DNA from: Eledone cirrhosa
Lineage: Eukaryota
Length of the DNA: 64,000 bases
Reading direction: 5' to 3'
Assembly (NCBI GenBank): GCA_964016885.1
Contig: OZ024750.1
Span: 20,832,001-20,896,000, forward strand
Made by a program: the position numbers and the translations under genes. How positions within the stretch are numbered: the stretch's first letter is position 1; each line of letters starts with the position of its first letter. This document shows positions 19,269-33,006 of the stretch, one piece after another. Below the pieces are notes generated by a model. It ran no database searches, was not told the DNA's origin, and was given only the letters and a program-made list of their open reading frames with translations.

Positions 19269-20039
19269 AGAATGAGTTAGCAAAGCACTCGACAAATAGG
19301 TCCTCAAAGTAATAACATACGTTTAAATAGCTTGACAAATTGAACATTGTGGTAGGCAAAATCTAACACACAATATACCAAAGTAACGAAAGGACTAACA
19401 TGTTGAGAAAAATACACCTGGACAAATCAAACATCATACGTTTAAAGTGTTTCTATGGATCCAAAATCAAATATCAGACTTACGTGACTGGCAAGCTCGT
19501 GGTATTCATGATCGAACAGAGGATTCAGTTCATCAACAGGTTTTCGTTCTACAAAAGAACGGGACGAGAAAACTAATTGTTACCGCTAGGTGCAGCATAT
19601 TGTATATATAGTTGTCACGTGTTATTTCCAGCAAGGGAAATAACCCCCGGTTTTTGGTGGGTTATTCAAAATGTTAGACAAAGGAAATATTAATTTTCGC
19701 TAACCATCAGAATAAGCTCTCGACCAGATGTAATTAAACAAACACAAATAATTAACCAATCAACAGAATTGTCTAATTAAATTAATTAGCTAATTATTAA
19801 ATCTAATAATATAATTGTATTATTAAATTCAATAATATAATTGGATACTTAGTAAAATCGAATCTATGGCGGTGTACAAGCAAATTCGGCCTACTATGAG
19901 AATGAGTTAGCAAAGCACTCGACAAGGTAGGTTCTCAGAGTAATAACATACGTTTAAATAGCTTGACAAATTGAACATTGTGGTAGGCAAAAATCTAACA
20001 CACAATATACCAAAGTAACGAAATAACTAACAGGTTGAG
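19269..20039. mobile_element. Non-coding element with direct terminal repeats of about 140 bp (period 630 bp), flanked by (TA)n on both sides
   Basis: 19269-19407 matches 19899-20039 apart from a few substitutions and indels; TA runs at about 19255-19267 and 20041-20053. Confidence 0.75.
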
Positions 20040-21044
20040 CTATATATATATATAAGGAAAAGAAATCGAAAATGCAACAAGTCTTTTTAAGAATATCTAT
20101 TTATTTCCTTTAGCGGTTTCACAGTTCTTATGCTATTGAGATGGAAGGTTTATATATATACATGTGGCCGTATGATCAGAGGATGGAAAACACACCTCTA
20201 AATGTGTGCAGCCCAGTGACTAAATCTAACATATGAATGAAGAATTGATCCTCAATCTAGTTTCAGTTGCATTGTATCCCTTAAACTGATTGATCTAAAG
20301 AAGTGTTAATTTAATAAGCGTTCACTTATGCAGTTAAGATTTGCGTAGTAGGTTTGACGTAAATGTATGTAAACGTGTGGATGACTGTCTGTTGTATATA
20401 TATGTATGCTTAAATAAATAAAAGGAAAATATGCGCAAAGCTAACATATGATTGGTGCTGGAATAATTTTCCAAATAAAATAACATCGTATTCCATAATT
20501 TTCCCATATATATTTCTACTTCACTTCAGTAATATATTATTTTTTTCTGATATAATTCTGCTTGATATCGATTAAAATATTACAGGTATAATTTTTCATA
20601 AATTTATGTATTTTTCATAAGCAAATTTTTCTCTCGTATTTTTATCAATAACATAATCTACTTTGCCTTTTTCCAATAATTAAAGGAAATAGGATTTTTG
20701 TTTCGTTTTGTCATTGTAAGATTTATTATCACTGTTCATTTCATATAGTTTCTTTTTTCTTTCGTTTAGCAGTTTTTGAATAACATCTCTGATTTCAAGA
20801 TTTCATCTCCTCAGTTTTATTCATCATACTTTGTGTGTGTGTATATATATATATATATATACCCCCACACACACACATGTATGTATATATATATATATAT
20901 ATATATCGTTGACTGCAAGATGATTTGTACTTAATACTTAAACTACAAAGCATGAATTATACGCAATGGTTTGAACATATTCCATGACTTTATAATTTAT
21001 AAAATATATAGCCCTCTTACATTATTATTCTTTTGATTGTCATG

Positions 21045-21238
21045 ATCGTTAGCACGTAGGACAAAATCATTCTTAGTATATTTATTACTGGTGCCTACGT
21101 TCTGAGTTCCAATCCCGTCGAATTTAACTTTTCATTTTATCCTCCTGCCTCGTATCTAATAAGTGCAGGGCTTGGATTTATTGGCTTCATACTCATTCAA
21201 CCTTTTGGAGAAATGCTTAAATTAAAAACAATTATTAT
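21045..21238 (+). mobile_element. Degenerate SINE family 1 relative
   Basis: TACGTTCTGAGTTCCAATCCCGTCGAATTTAACTTTTCATTTTATCCT resembles the B box and central domain. Confidence 0.6.
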
Positions 21239-22321
21239 TTTCATTTTTATTTTTATTGAAGCATTCTACTTTGAGTTGTAAGAACGGAATAATACTTTGG
21301 TGAATACTGTAAAATTATATTTTCTATGAAATCTTATTGAGTGTTCAGTGTCTATGAACGGCGTTGGGTTGGTTCCAGCGTTTGACTGTAGACTTTCCCC
21401 GATTTATAGGCTGGGTGTAATTTTGGTACAGGGAGTCTGTGCGGAGGCAAATAATATATATTGTATATATTGCGAAGTATATCATTTTCGTTCTTGGGTG
21501 GAATTTCAACACCCCTCCCTTGCTCGGTTTAACTATATCACGAAATTGCATGTATTTGGGGCAAAATCCAAAGTCTGAATATAAAGTCCTGCTCATATCC
21601 TGCTAGTCTAAATTATGAAATAAAACAGATTGCTGCTGGTGATAGTAGTAGTAGTGGAATAGAATGCGAACAGTAGTAGTTGCAGCAGTAGTACTAGGGG
21701 CAGCAAACTTAGTATTCCCTATGTGGTAAAGACAAAATACGAAGTCATGTTACCGCCGGACATTTAGCATGATTGTTCTCCTCTCAATTCCGTGCCTGAT
21801 CTCATATCGATTCTACTTACAACACTACCGAAAGTGATAAACATAATAGAATGAGTTATTTATTTTCGTCTTCATCATTTTCCACTTTAATACCCAACAG
21901 CGTTTACGTAGTCTTTTATGCCTCCAGGAATCGAGAAAATAATTATTGGTAATATTCCTCGCTCCATTCAATCAGCTAAACTATTGAAGTTCCCGAACCT
22001 CTTCTAGTTTTTATCGTTATGTAATACAATTGTTATTAATGTAGCTATTATTCGTAGCTCTGCTTACCTCATTTCGATTATATTTCTTCCTTAAATACCA
22101 ACCAATGTGGAGATTGGGTTCGAGCAAAAGCAATTCTATAAAGTAATTTTAAGAACATTTGATAAAACTTTTATATCTATTAACGAGTTTCCACACACAG
22201 ACTTACGCCCATGTCCGTGTGAGTGGAGTGAGTGAGTGAGAAAAGTGAACAAGGAAAAATGTGGGAGAAGAATACATGAATTTGTTATATTAGTATAACG
22301 CATGTTATTGCAAGAAACGAG

Positions 22322-22357
22322 TTTTAACGATTCGGACTTTAGTCCTTCATCGGAAGA
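22322..22357 (-). ncRNA. Degenerate minimal hammerhead motif (family A)
   Basis: TCTT-CCGATGA-A-GGAC(taaa)GTCC-GAA-TCGT-T-AAAA; two core substitutions relative to the family consensus. Confidence 0.6.
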
Positions 22358-23175
22358 TAGTAGGGGAGAGCGGAAAATAAACAGAAAGATAAACGTGAAG
22401 AAGAAAAGAAAAGAACCGGATACTCCTCAGCAGAGACACATGTGCGGCGCAACATAGATAAGTGGTTAGGAATTTCGCTTCGCAATCATTAGTTCCCGAG
22501 GTCGATCTCATTGCGTTACATCCGTGGCAAAAGCCGTTTATCATAGCCTAAGTTCGACCAATGCCATACCAAAGAAATTCGATAGACAAAATCGCTTTGG
22601 AGGTCCATCGGATGGACTGCCCCAATATTTCAAAGGATCACTTTTGTCACACACTATGAGGGAACTGAATCCCTCTCATAATTATTTTACTTGTATGTGT
22701 GAAATGAACAATCGCGTCCTCGTTAATTTCATGAGCAGGCTTTTAAGCTGGTCGAACAAATAAAACGCACATCGTTAATAAAGACGGAGACCCGTCGCTT
22801 GACTTCAATAGAATGGACTATCCGGCGGTTTCCCGATGAAAATTTAGTTTTCGAACAACTGATTGTCCGCCCAGTATATTACCATGTACATGGTGTGTCA
22901 TTCTTCATACATTTGTTGCAATTCCCAAGCTGAATGAGTGTGACACAATATGACAAGTCTGGACATATGAATTACTGGTAGTATCGATCCGAAGAGCTTT
23001 CATACAGCTTCTGAGGATCAGATTTCCATCAGAAGGTTTTGATCCACATCAGGTTAAAGTTAAAGACACTGACGCAAAATAGGAGGAATCGAACGTAAGA
23101 GAACACGATTTCGAAGGAACCTCCGTAATTTGCCATATACATATATATATACTCACACAAAAGTGGCTGTGGCTC

Positions 23176-23269
<94 letters not shown>

Positions 23270-23388
23270 AAGGTAAACAGAAATAACAGCACAATCGGTA
23301 CAGTATATGGAAGGTATATATTAGGTTAACGCTTGATATAGCAGGAAGAGGGTCTTAACATTTCGGACGTTAGTCCTTCATCAGAAGA
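23270..23388 (-). mobile_element. Penelope-like terminal repeat fragment with minimal hammerhead (family A; HHR at 23353-23388)
   Basis: TCTT-CTGATGA-A-GGAC(taac)GTCC-GAA-ATGT-T-AAGA, followed by about 85 nt homologous to 43633-43715; abuts a (TG)n/(TA)n tract. Confidence 0.75.
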
Positions 23389-23786
23389 AAGAATGAGAAA
23401 TAAAATAGATTGAGATGATACTTAGCTATGTAACACTTCAGTTTAGAGAGAGAGTAAGAGAAATATAGTTTTCTATTAAAAATATATCTATCCATATATT
23501 TATGTATTCAACCAATGGTAATTCAGGTTTATATTTTATACAAAAGTCTTCATGTAGCATCTCATAGTTAGTCTTAAGGGAAATAATGTTAGATACATTT
23601 GGCAATATTAATTTGATATAATTTTATTTCAGAATGTATTGGAGACCAATATTCTCTCAAAAACTGAAATATCTAACTATATACATATATTTCGCTTAGA
23701 AGTATATATATATATATATAAATATATTCAGATATTTGTGTATGTATGTGAGTCTATGTGTATGTATACATATATATACGCACACA

Positions 23787-23852
<66 letters not shown>

Positions 23853-23854
23853 TA

Positions 23855-23893
<39 letters not shown>

Positions 23894-25222
23894 TGACTAT
23901 CGATTTATTTATTGAAAACCTGCAGTTGTCTGCTATATGGAACATGAACTTATTAGCATATATTTCAATATCGATTTCTTTTAACTTGACACAAGATCAT
24001 AATTTTATCATCTCAACCCACAGAGATACGGATGATTGAATTAACCTCATAACATCACTTATACTTATTTTATTGAACCAACTCAGATACGAAGTCGAGT
24101 AATTCGCTGTATGTGTTCTGAAAGGAGGTTGTAAAATGGAGACACACTTCAGAAAATGTTATATTAGAATGTTATCATATTTCTGAAAGAGTATATATTA
24201 TATTAACCACAATGCAGACAACTAAAAATAATAGTTAATTAAGATAAATATTTGAATATTAGAATACTCATTAACGCTATCTATTACATATTCTTTTTAT
24301 TTTTGTTAACTTATTTTTAAAAGTGTGTATGCTTGGCTGTTTCTGGAATAAACGCATGGCTGTGTGTCGTAAAAATTTACTCTGCAATTTGAAGTTTCCA
24401 TGTTTGATTACATAAACAATTTCCTTGTAGTAAAATCGCAGGTCAGACCAAACCATTGGGTGTGAAATTGAACAGCGGAAAAGTGTTTGGAAAAACATCA
24501 AATGTACTGTAACTGGGATCCAAATGTCACACTTGTCACATACTGTGTCACGCTGGATTTCATTAAGAATTTTTTTTTAGGTAAACATGTCTATGGAATT
24601 CTCAACCAGTTACACAATAATTCATTCCACGGAACGTTTCTTGTGGGGATCGAGCAACTGGGACACTCATCATTGTTAAACGATCAATTCCATTCAATAC
24701 TATAGGTAGATGCACACATGCATACTCTTTCGTATAAGAAGTTTGCTCTGGATTCAGGAAGTTTCGTTTCATACTGTTATTTCGTTCTGCAGATGATTTT
24801 TAGTATATATTCGTATTGAGTTAAGACTAGTAAATGGAACTTTGTGTGTATATATGTCCATGGTTACGTGCATGCCTTTGAGATAATATCACAAAAACGT
24901 TGGGCATTTGCTCGTAATGAGACAGTTTGTACATAGCATTTGTTTATCGTGCCTATTACTGGTATTTTATGAAAGCATATATTATCGTAATTAAACATCT
25001 ACCAGATGTGTTGAAGATATGAAGATTTTTTTTATGGTTTAGCATCTAGATGAAGTAACGAATATTGAAACGTGATACATAGATTCAGACATGTTTGTAG
25101 ATTGTTTCGGGCTAGACGCCACTGTCTACTATTGTGGTAGCTTTTACCCGACGCATAAATTGTTAGTGGAAATCACTAGATAAATATTATGAAGTTCTCA
25201 GTATATTACACACATACCCTAC

Positions 25223-25286
<64 letters not shown>

Positions 25287-25461
25287 TCACATGCACAAAG
25301 AGACATACACACGTTCGCTTCGCTATAAATCAGTTGAATAAACTTCAGGGCATAGCCCTCTGAGACAAAAAGGTTATTAGAATCGCCTGTTGTAGTAGAC
25401 TGTAAAAGGCAAGTCACTCTCCTAATTCATATAATAATATATTATATGACTTAATATATAC

Positions 25462-25651
25462 GGCTGTGGAATGGCAGTATCGGTAGAGGGTCGGACACCA
25501 TGCTTTGACGCATAGAGTTACGCCCCTTGCACTTCTGAGTTCAAATCCCGCCGATGTTAACTTTGCCTTTCATCCTTACTGGGTCGATAAAATAAAGTAC
25601 CAGTAATGCACTGGGTAATTGCGGGCCTTGTGCCAAAAGTAGAAACAATTA
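25462..25651 (+). mobile_element. SINE family 1, full-length copy with probable target-site duplication
   Basis: Consensus head, B box, central domain and tail; TTATATGACTTAATATATA occurs immediately before (about 25442-25460) and after (about 25649-25667). Confidence 0.92.
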
Positions 25652-26999
25652 TATGACTTAATATATATATTATATAGAAATTATTATTGATAAATGTTCG
25701 ACCGAATACATCCTCTGGACAGATCACAAACTATGAGCGTTCTGACGTTTCAACACTGGTGACTGCTTACTGTCAGAATGTATTGTTTGCCACCAGATAG
25801 GATTGATTGGATGCTTTGTTATTGTTATTCACGGGAATCTGTTTAAGTTATACTTGGGAAGGATTAAATAAGGTTTTTGAGTTGTTGTTTTTTAACTTTA
25901 TGTGTATGCGTGAGATGAGATCGTATTGAACAGTATTTATAGGAGTTCGTGCATACCGTTGGATTAGCACCATCCTGATTGGGTTGAACAATTATGTTTA
26001 AAATCAGCTAATATATAATACATATAATTAAACAAATAACTACTTATGTTATCCGATAACCTTAGCCAGATGCTATGCACACATGAAATATTCCGTTTTA
26101 AATATTTAATTTTACTTCACTGGGTATCGAAATGCTTGCCTTATCTCATTAAAACAAATTATTGTTGCAACACGAATCTTTGAAGCTCATATAAGTATAA
26201 ATAAATATACATCTAGATTAATAACAGTGACTAACACAACACATTATAGTGATTCCTCATCTAATTGGTTTTTTTTTTTCTTGCTTGTTTGTTTGGTTGT
26301 TTGTTGTGTACTTCTACATCATTATGAAGCGATTTCAGACAGCAAATATCGTGTTAATTAAAACTTCGGCGTTGTTTTCGCTCGAAGAATAAAGCACACT
26401 AAACGATCTAAATAATTAAGTGAGCAAGATGGAAAGAGAGCGATGTGCAGAGGCGGTGATAACAAACGTAAACGATTGAGAGAGAAGTAGATCACGAGAA
26501 AATGCAAGCGAGATAGCGAGAGAAAGGGTGAGATATTGAGCGGCAGAAAACGAGAGAGAACGGGAGGGATATCAAGGAAAAGGAAAGTGGGTTGAAAGAG
26601 CGAATAAACAGGACTGAGTGAGAAAGCGGGAAATATAGCGATCAAAAGGCAGAGAAAGAGTAAAAAGGAAGACATGAGGAAAAGAGGAAGTGGGTTGGTG
26701 AGACAGAAGTTTCTTTCTTGAGGCCATGTGTGTAATTTCAAATCTTTTGATATACCGTTAGAATAGATATATTAATACTAGAATGTTTCGAGTAGTTAAA
26801 TGACCAACGAAAATCGAAACTACATATAAATCATGTAGTTGGACTAGAGAGATTACATGATTCGTATTCCAGTTGTTCGATCAAGCGAAAAGCCTGGCCA
26901 TGAAATTAATGTGTTAATGTCGATGTATTTCACATGCTGGCTATATTGGACCATGTGGAGTCGACCTATTGGGTCAGATCATGACACCATCCGTCCTTT

Positions 27000-27695
27000 G
27001 GCCTCCTTTTAGTTATCCACCACCGCATTGGTGTGTACTGTTATTCTAATCATCCACCTTTTGTCTCTGAAACGAGAAATCTGGTCAACCCATCGCTGTT
27101 TGCTCTTCTTGATGACTCTTCCTGACATGTAAGATGATTCTGGGCATGATACCCTGCATTTTTCGCCAGACGTCAAGCCTCTCTGTTGCGGTGGTGTTGA
27201 GTACCTAAGTCTCACTTGCATATGACATCACAGGCAGAAGATATATAATAAACAGCTCTGTTTTGGTTTCAATTGTTTAATTGGGACTCCTAATGATGTC
27301 ATAATATTTACCAAAAGCCACCCAACAAAGCGCAATTCTTCTTTTAACCCTGAAATGTAGAGCATCATTTCTAGTAATCTTTTTTCCGAGATACTTCATT
27401 GCTACATAACGGACTACTTCGCTGTTGGTCTTTATCCAACTGGTGAGGATTTATCGTAGCTGTTAAACATGACCACTGTTCCGAAAATGGTTGTTAAGAC
27501 GTACTGGCTGACTCAGTGTGGAGTAGGAGCTATTACGATGATGGCATCTGCAATGTCAATGTGGCGTAGGAACTCGGCATCTATTTTATTACCCTTGTCC
27601 TCCCAGTTGACTTTGTTGGTGATGGTGTCATGTAAACAACAAATAAACATATAGGAGCTTGCTCCTCTTTCTAACTTGATCTTGTTGATGTCTTG
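27000..27695 (-). pseudogene. RTE-clade LINE reverse transcriptase and C-terminal fragment, decayed
   Basis: Minus-strand translated patches IKLERGA, LRHIDIADAI (FADD-like), KYLG, VKRRIALCWVAFGK, VRLRY and KQRWVDQI occur in the expected order, with frameshifts. Confidence 0.7.
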
Positions 27696-27706
27696 CTATG
27701 ATGTGT

Positions 27707-27758
<52 letters not shown>

Positions 27759-27792
27759 GTTATTCCGGGTTGAATCGGAGGTAACCACAGTA

Positions 27793-27843
27793 AGATTCCT
27801 GATGATTTCTAAAGAATGAAACAGTTCTAGTCCTGTAGAATCT
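27793..27843 (+). ncRNA. Type I hammerhead ribozyme motif (family B)
   Basis: AGATTC-CTGATGA-TTTC(taaa)GAAT-GAA-ACAG(ttctagtc)CTGT-A-GAATCT; perfect 6-bp helix I; lies in an insert of about 95 bp between (TA)n and A18/(TA)n. Confidence 0.85.
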
Positions 27844-27853
27844 CATCTATATT

Positions 27854-27903
<50 letters not shown>

Positions 27904-27915
27904 ATATATATATAT

Positions 27916-27977
<62 letters not shown>

Positions 27978-28684
27978 GAACATGATAATATATACAGAAA
28001 TTGATAGAATTAGTATATTTTCATACATTGCGTAGTTAGTTGAAGTACATTTTTGCCATATTTAGTTTAGGTTTATGTACCTACGTAATCTTGGGTAGGT
28101 ACTTCATTAGACATAAAGGAATTATTACAATCATACAATATATCTCTGCATTTATACTCCGTGGTTTACCTACTACGGGGTGATTCATATGATTCTAAAT
28201 TCACACAAACACTCATCTCTCCATTCCACTCTTTCACTTCTCTGTCCACACACACACATCTATTTGTATATACATATATATATCTATACATATTCATATA
28301 TAATATGTCTGTGTATGTGCGTGTGCGCCGCCATTTGTTTGATGATCCATCACAATCTCTAATGTTGCCAGAACTAATTTCCACTCTCGACAGGGAAAAG
28401 TTTTCGGGAAAACATTTGCACTCTATCACAAATAGGCGTAATTAAATATTGTAAATTATTTAGTTAGACACCCTACCATTCCTACCACTTCATTGAAATG
28501 TTATTACGTGATAAATGTATTTGTAATAAATATCTGACATAATGTATGTATTTTTATCTGTGGTGAAGGTTTGTACATCGGTTTATAATACAAAACGTTC
28601 GGATAAGCTGTTAAAAATCCGAACAGTTTTGTCTTTCAGTATTCTTCATCACTATATATAATAAGTAAATAAGATATAAATCAA

Positions 28685-28886
<202 letters not shown>

Positions 28887-29408
28887 GTTGAACAGAATAA
28901 ATGAATGGAATAACAACAATCAATCATAAACACGCAATACTGACCTAAGGTAAATATAGATAAATAAATATACACAGGTACAATAACAACAGCCACCCAT
29001 AAACACACACTAGTGAACAAAGATAGAATACAAACACATATAGACTCAGACACGAACATACGCACGAAACAGAAAACACACGCAAACGCATGTTCAAACA
29101 GAGACAAGAATAAATAAATAAATAAAAATGTCGTAGGCTTTACAGTACAACGGGAGGAAACATAATAGTATCACTGATGATGTCACAGGTGTGTGATGAA
29201 AGAACTTTAATAGACTATATATATATTTATATATACATTTTTTTTTTAACCATTGGTCAATCAATAATAAATATTGATTGCCAGATATATTAACTAAAGA
29301 GATATAATCGATACAGAAGCGAAAACCAATCCAAACCAAACAGTGAGTGTGTTTTATTATTATTGCTGGCACTATTATAGCAACATGCCCCCTCGCCCAA
29401 TATAACAA

Positions 29409-29447
<39 letters not shown>

Positions 29448-29495
29448 CGCTTCTACAGGTCTAAAATTGTTTGATTCGGAGGAAATTCTGAGGCC

Positions 29496-29542
29496 TTTCC
29501 TGATGAATTCCTCCGAATGAAACAGTTCTAGTCCTGTAGAAG
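29496..29542 (+). ncRNA. Type I hammerhead ribozyme motif (family B), with a degenerate inverted copy at about 29449-29490
   Basis: TTTC-CTGATGA-ATTC(ctcc)GAAT-GAA-ACAG(ttctagtc)CTGT-A-GAAG; upstream GCTTCTACAGGTCTAAAATTGTTTGATTCGGAGGAAA is an inverted decayed copy. Confidence 0.8.
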
Positions 29543-30030
29543 CTATTTCTATATTATATATATATATATATACATAAAACATGTGTGCCTGTTATATGAC
29601 GGGCATCATATTTTATACACATTCTGAAAATTCACGAATTATGCACAAGTTAACTGCGGCTTATCTACGTTCTATATTTTCTTTCAATGTATCTTATTAA
29701 AATACATTCACATTTAATATCTTGGCATCAATAATAACGTTCTTTAATGCAATGTCACAGTATATCATCTCAATATTTCAGATATTATTTACTTATCAGT
29801 ATTAATACCTGTGGAATCAATTCATTATAGATGTATACTTACATCTGAAATGGTGTACTATCACCTTCTTTGAGAAAGAGGCAAATGCTGTGTATATTGC
29901 CGAATATGTCTATGGTCTCCGTATATATACGATTGTGTAGTTATGTGTGTATGTAAATATATATATATATATATATATATGTGTGTTGTGAGTGTGTATT
30001 TGTCTGTTAGATTGTCTGTATTTATGTATT

Positions 30031-30095
<65 letters not shown>

Positions 30096-31059
30096 TATAT
30101 CATACACTCATGTTAAATAATAATTATGAAAATCCAATTATTTTGCGAATAACTCCTTTCTTATATTTCTTTAATATTACTGTCTTCTAGTGTTCGGCGA
30201 GAAATGAAATTATTTGTATAATTGCATACGATATTAAAAGAGAATTGAAATCTTAAGCAAATAGCCTGAATATAAATTTTATAAGGTCGACTAATATTCT
30301 TTGTTCGTATCCAGCAACGGAGACTTTAGTAATATCCACTTAATGTAACCCTGAAGAATTAGCATTTATATCCTACTTTTGTCTTGCTTTTTCTGAACGA
30401 TTTTTGTCCAATTCTGAAAGCTTTTATTGCTATAGCGAATTCGGTTTTCCAACTGTTATTAATTCATCGTCACACGCCGTGGTAAAGCCTAGCTTCTTAA
30501 TACAATTTAATGTAATATTTTCGCCACTCTCATTCGATAGGTGTTTTCGAGCTAACAGCTTTAGGGTTGAGCGTGATCATCATATAAGATGTGCTAAAAT
30601 AGCATCAATGGCTAAATTGTAGTTTACTTGTAGTTTTCTGATGTGTAATATTAAATGATTCATTAGAATGTATTAAAATGAATTCTACAATGATTCCGTA
30701 TACTTACCAAAATATCTAGTAATGTTTCATGTATAAATCAGTATGAGTGTTCTACAATTTAATGATGATTCTATGAACAGATGTAATATTAGTATCGCTA
30801 CAGTGTCAGCTTAATGTCAATTCGAAAAAGTAACCTCACATGTATGTTTATTTAAATATATCCCTGTCACAGAATTATTCAGAATGAAAGAGTGTTTAAA
30901 GATGCGTACAATGTGTTTACGTATAATAAACAGACATAAACATTTAATATCACTCTAAGGAGTCAAATCTGTTGCCATGCCACATCGCAGTAAACTCAGC
31001 CTTAGCTCAAATGTGGTAGGTGTTAACGTCTCACCGTCAGTTGTTCAGCAATCGATTAT

Positions 31060-31735
31060 CTTCGCATATATTTAAAATGTATGCTAAGTGCCTGGCAAAT
31101 AAATATCGCGATAATGCCGTGGCCAGTCTAGCTGGTAAACTGTGAAGTTTGCATTCCGGACATAGCACAAGTGATTAAGTAGTAAGTCTGCATCAGGTCT
31201 TCGAGATATTGTGGAAGTATTGCAATGAAGACTGTGGACATCGAAAAGATATACGACCGCGTTCTACAATAATTGTTATGGAAGGTTCTGAATGGGTATG
31301 GAATCTACGAACATCTTTTAGTTGTTTTGATGTGTATCCAAATGCTGTTGTATTTCTGTTTGCATAAATGGTGATATGTTGAAATGATTCAACGTGGGTT
31401 TCGGACACCATTAAGGGTGGTACTTTCACATTTCCTCTTCACAATCGCCAGGAACATCATTGAGATGCACAGCCGTGTTGGAAGTGATATTAAATCCACT
31501 AGGTGTGAAATCAGTCGGCTGGTATTCGCAGACGTTACAACATATTTCATTGGAAGGTGATCCCACATATACACAGGCTAGGTTTGCGTCTGTGAGCCGC
31601 ATGATAGGAATTTAAATTAGTGCTGCAAATACTGAGACACTCATCATCTAAAGGAAATTGTTAGGGCCCGCATCTTAGTGGATTTACAATCATTTAGGTG
31701 GAGAGGTTCGAGCATTTCAAGGTCGTTTGGGCGAA
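31060..31735 (+). pseudogene. RTE-like LINE reverse transcriptase fragment, decayed
   Basis: Translated patches KMYAKCL, GHSTSD*VVSLHQVFE, VDIEKIYDRV..LWKVLNGYGI, VLSHFLFTI..ISRLVFADV (FADD motif at about 31525), ISAANTET and VERFEHF are colinear with RT domains; stops and frameshifts present. Confidence 0.8.
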
Positions 31736-32127
31736 TCATGAACATTTTGAGTCTTTAGTGTATTGCATTTTGCGAGTGTTTTGTTTATTAAGCTGTGCGC
31801 TAAGCAGCCGTTGTATTTAAATCTGTATCATATATATCTTAATTAAATGTCAACTTAAAATAACTTGCACATGAGTTCATTTCAGAATATCATAGTGATT
31901 ACAAAGCTATCGATTACTATGTCCCTTGTTTTTTTGTATTAAATGATACACATTTCTTCTCATGAAAGCTCAAATATCTTGAAAACTATGTTTATATCTT
32001 CTTTGCGTTGCAGATAAATAATTATATTCACCATGTTTACAAGCCTGCATATCAAACGTGTGTAAATCCGTATAAACTTTTATGCAGCCACCGATACTAC
32101 TATTTTTATATAAACAGATATAACTTT

Positions 32128-32174
<47 letters not shown>

Positions 32175-32505
32175 TTCCAATGATAACGGGTTACAAAAAT
32201 ACTGGATTTGTGATTATTTATCAATGTCCTTTCGATGCATTCTTGCTCCAGTACATCTGTATGTATGTGTCCTCTTTACTATAGTTCTAACTCTTAAGCT
32301 TAAATGCAATAATGGAAAATAAAATAAATACGTCATTTTCAGGAATTTGACATCAAAACCATAGTTTCTTCAAGATATGTGCTTGTAGTTATACGAATAA
32401 TAGTAATAATAATAATAATAGTAATAATAATAAAGAAAAACTGATAGTAAATATATATATAAATATATATTTGTATGTGTTTTTATGAATATATGTTTAC
32501 ACAAG

Positions 32506-32560
<55 letters not shown>

Positions 32561-32853
32561 ACATACACACGCACACATGTATATACACACGTCTGTGTAG
32601 CACAAGACGAAGACTGGAAATGTAAGAAATAATCTACGTGATAATTCATGCATGATAATTTCTGAAAGAAGACTAATTTAATTGAAAAACTCACAAGTAG
32701 AAGTAACACGCATTTTAAACACATCTAAGCATATAATTGCATAATAAGCAATCTTATTGTTCAATTTATTATGCCTGTCAACCAGTAAATGTATGGTGCA
32801 ATTAAGCGTACCTCAGTGCAATAGTCAAAAATGGAGATAAACCAATGGAATAA

Positions 32854-32891
<38 letters not shown>

Positions 32892-32926
32892 ACACAGCCA
32901 CACCCACACAAACACGCACACACACA

Positions 32927-33006
<80 letters not shown>

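Noticed and set aside
22995-23056. Partial hammerhead-like words here and at about 1468-1492, 14835-14852, 20105-20122, 53787-53842 and 57459-57470
   Set aside because: Only half of the core is present or the helices cannot be formed; not supportable individually
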